Shown: piece after piece, positions 59,469 to 64,000 of the stretch
Layout of the letters: each line of letters opens with the position of its first letter
Position numbering within the stretch: position 1 is the first letter of the stretch
Assembly: GCF_009914755.1 (NCBI RefSeq)
Contig: NC_060926.1
DNA from: the human T2T-CHM13v2.0 reference genome, Homo sapiens
Strand: one strand, 5' to 3'
Length of the DNA: 64,000 bases
Made by a program: the position numbers and the translations under genes
The notes under the pieces: model-generated
Told to the model about the DNA's origin: nothing
The model's input: the letters and a program-made list of their open reading frames with translations, nothing else
Databases searched by the model: none

Positions 59469-60394
59469 TGATTGCCTCTCCAGAAACAGAGACAATGTGT
59501 TGCCATGACCTGGGGGGGCCATCCTAAGAAACATCTTCAGCCAGGCTATGCTGACCCTAACAAAGGGAACCATGGTTCTAGATTGGAAACTCCTCAAGCC
59601 ATTGGAGACACAAAGTAGTTCCTGGGCTTTGTACACTCTTCCCCTGGTAAAATTCCTGTCTTTCCCACACCACTCCCTTTGATTGACCTCCTGAAAAAGA
59701 GCATATGTTCAGCTTCAATGGTTGCAACCATTATTATTATTATTTTTTTTTTTTAAATGGAGTCTCACCCTGTTGCCTGGGCTGAAGGGCCGTGGCCTGA
59801 TCTGGGCTTGCTGCAAGCTCCGCCTCCTGGGTTCACGCCATTCTCCTGCCTCAGCCTCTCGAGTAGCTGGGACTACAATTGCCCGCCACCACGCCTGGCT
59901 AGTTGTGTTTTTTTTTTTTTTTTTTTTTTTTGTATTTTTTAGTAGAGATGGGGTTTCACCATGTTAGCCAGGATGGTCTCAATCTCCTGACCTCGTGATC
60001 TGCCCATCTCGGCCTCCCAAAGTGCTGGGATTACAGGTGTGAGCCACCGCGCCCCGCCAGCTGCAACCATTATTTGGGGGAAGTGCAAGACCATCTTCAT
60101 CCCTGTATTGCTCTTCACATACCCTGGCCCAAGATTCATGCCAAAGACAGATGCTCCCAATCTTGGGGTGATGCTTCTTTGTCTCAGAACCTGAAAACAC
60201 TAGGGCCCTAAAACTTTGTATTTTGACACTGGTGGAAGAGAACAAAAACCTATCTAGCATCCAAAAAAAAAAAAGAAAAAAAGAGACACCTGCAGTAAGG
60301 CCACCTTCCAGGCCTGAAGGCCATCCTGGCGGGGACCGAATACTCCATGACCACACAGTTGAATTACCGAAGGTGAAGCGCCTGTGGGTCTCTT

Positions 60395-60550
60395 TTTTTT
60401 TTTTTTTTATACTTTAAGTTTTAGGGTACATGTGCACAACGTGCTGGTTTGTTACATATGTATACATGTGCCATGTTGGTGTGCTGCACCCATTAACTCA
60501 TCCTTTAGCGTTAGGTATATCTCCTAATGCTATCCCTCCCCCCTCCCCCA
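60395..60550 (-). mobile_element. L1PA3/4-type, severely 5'-truncated (~155 bp) with perfect TSD
   Basis: poly(T)-atactttaagttttagggtacatgtgcacaacgtg...ctaatgctatccctccccc; TSD CCTGTGGGTCTCTT at 60381-60394 and 60551-60564. Confidence 0.95.
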
Positions 60551-60646
60551 CCTGTGGGTCTCTTGAGAGTTGAGATGTGGTAGGTACAGCAAGTTTGTTT
60601 TTCAGCACTTCAATTTCTTTTTCTTCTTCTTCTTTTTTTTTTTTGA

Positions 60647-60901
<255 letters not shown>

Positions 60902-60910
60902 TAGGATCAA

Positions 60911-61117
60911 TTCCTTCCTTCCTTCCTTCCTTCCTTCCTTCCTTCCCCTTCCTTTCTTCCCTTCCTTCCTTCCCCTTCCTTCATTCCTTCCCCTTACTTC
61001 CTTCCTTTCCTTCCTTCCCCTTCCTTCCTTTCCTTCCTTCCTTTCCTTCCTTCCTTCCTTCCTTCCTACTTTCTTTCTTTCTTTCTTTCTTTTTTTCCTT
61101 CTTTCTTTCTTTCTTTC
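60911..61117. repeat. (TTCC)n/(TTTC)n polypyrimidine tract
   Basis: About 207 nt of C/T containing only three A residues. Confidence 0.95.
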
Positions 61118-61125
61118 GTAGATGA

Positions 61126-61284
<159 letters not shown>

Positions 61285-62135
61285 TAGAGACGGGGTTTCA
61301 CCTCGTTGCCCAAGCTGGTCTCAAACTCCTGAGCTCAGGCAATCCACCTGCCTCAGCCTCCCCAAGTGCTAGGATTACAGGCATGAGCCACCGCGCCTGC
61401 CCTAGCACTTCAGTTTCAACCTATCCTTTGCCAGAGAGAAAGAACCCCCTCGTTAATGCCTTCCTTGGAATCCAGAGTACCCAGGAATTTCAAATGCCAC
61501 CTGAAGAAACCCACAGCCAGGTAACCCCACCTTGACCTAGAAATAATTGCCCAGAACCAACAGTAACAATGCTCTAATCCCAAGAGTCCCATCACCCAGA
61601 TAAAGCCCCAGAGAAAGGCCGGTACAGGGGTGGCTGCCTTCCCTTATAGCTGGTTGTTTGCCCTGCTGGGTTTTGTTTAGTTTTTGTTTTTGAGACAGGG
61701 TCTCACTACGTTGCCCAAGCTGGTCTCAAACTCCTGTGCTCAAGCAAGACTCCCATCTCAGCCTCCTGGGTAACTGGGATTACAGGCGCATGCCACCGTG
61801 GCCGATTGGCCTTCTGGGTGAGGCCAAGATTCCTGGCTCTCCCTGTGTCCCACACTTCTCCAGAAGCCCCCAGGGTCCTGCCAAGATGATCAGTACATTC
61901 CTTGGAATGTCTATTGGCCCTACCAACACTCAGTGTGAACCCAGATACATCACAGGCACTCGGATGTCAACATCCACCGTCATCTCTGGGCACCCTGGCA
62001 GACGGCTTGTGACATTATTTACCTCTATGATCCCCTATTTTGGGACCATGATTTATTTGTCCTTCCTTCTATTCAACAACATTTACTGAGAAATTGGTAT
62101 GTGGTTAGGCACCGTTCTAGTATCTGAAACAACAG

Positions 62136-62935
<800 letters not shown>

Positions 62936-63335
62936 ATAGCAATGAACAAAATCAACAAAATCTGTAGCTTTGGCCCTTATATTCTAGGGGTGGAGGGAGA
63001 TGATAACTTTAAAAAGCAAATACAGACATTTATCTACATTATCTACAGAATACCTGACCAGTACTCCTCAAAAGTGTTAAATAAAGTTTAATAATTTTTT
63101 AAATTAAATATATATTAGGTGCTGATGAATGGCATCAAGAAAAAGCAGGAGTATCAGGCATGATGGCATTTGCATATGTTTCAGCTACTCAAGACACTGA
63201 GGTAGGAGGGTCACTTGAGCCCAGAAGGGTGAGGCCAGCCTGGTCAATATAATAGGATCATGTCTTTAAAAAAAAAAAAACAAAAACAAGTGCTATTTCT
63301 CGAACATAGTAAGGGTTTTGTCCTCCATGAGATAG

Positions 63336-63548
<213 letters not shown>

Positions 63549-64000
63549 TAGTAGAGACAGGGTTTCACCGTGTTACCCAGGATGATCTCAATCTCCTGAC
63601 CTCGGGATCTGCCCGCCTCGGCCTCCCTAAGTGCTGGGATTACAGATGTGAGCCACCGTGCCCGGCCCCCTTTTTTTTTTGGAAATAGAGTCTTGCTCTG
63701 TTGCCCAGGGTGGAGTGCGGTGGCGTGATCTCGGCTCCTGCAGCCTCCGCCTCCCAGGTCCAAGCTATTCTCCTGCCTCAGCCTCCCAAGTAGCTGGGAT
63801 TACAGGCACCTGCCACCACACCCGGCTAATTTTTGTATTTTTAGTAGAGATGGAGTTTCGTCATGTTGGCCAGGTTGGTCTCGAACCCCTGGCCTCAAGT
63901 GATCCACCCGCCTCGGCCTCCCAAAGTGCTGGGATTACAGGCATGAGCCACCGCGCCTGGACGGTCTCATAATTTCTAAATGGCATGTGTCTTTGCGGAG

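Overview
Primate genomic DNA, almost certainly human chr2p21, with roughly 100 Alu copies by hand count. The only real protein-coding sequence is exon 1 of KCNG3 (Kv6.3/Kv10.1, a silent modifier K+ channel subunit) on the minus strand, ATG at 28940. It lies in a ~2.6-kb CpG island and has two alternative splice donors 33 nt apart. Positions 1-28275 are KCNG3 intron 1; exon 2 is outside the window. The intron holds a full-length processed RPS13 pseudogene with TSDs, old L1/L2/MIR fragments and several DNA-transposon MITEs. Right of the island, plus-strand splice signals define two short non-coding exons, matching my recollection of the distal MTA3 5' exons (bidirectional promoter). A long repeat-rich intron follows, with nested ERV solo LTRs (MER39B, MER34, LOR1/MER49-like, MER41A, MLT1, LTR47-like) and a short L1PA insertion. 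Almost all ORF-track entries are Alu or GC-shadow ORFs. I cannot demonstrate a new biological system from sequence alone. The best leads are: (i) an in-frame TAG built into the KCNG3 distal donor plus a candidate intronic polyA site, which would give a T1+S1-only protein; (ii) RE1/REST-like motifs inside the coding exon; (iii) a 250-codon upstream ORF in frame with KCNG3, separated by a single TAG; (iv) several templated or snap-back insertion scars.
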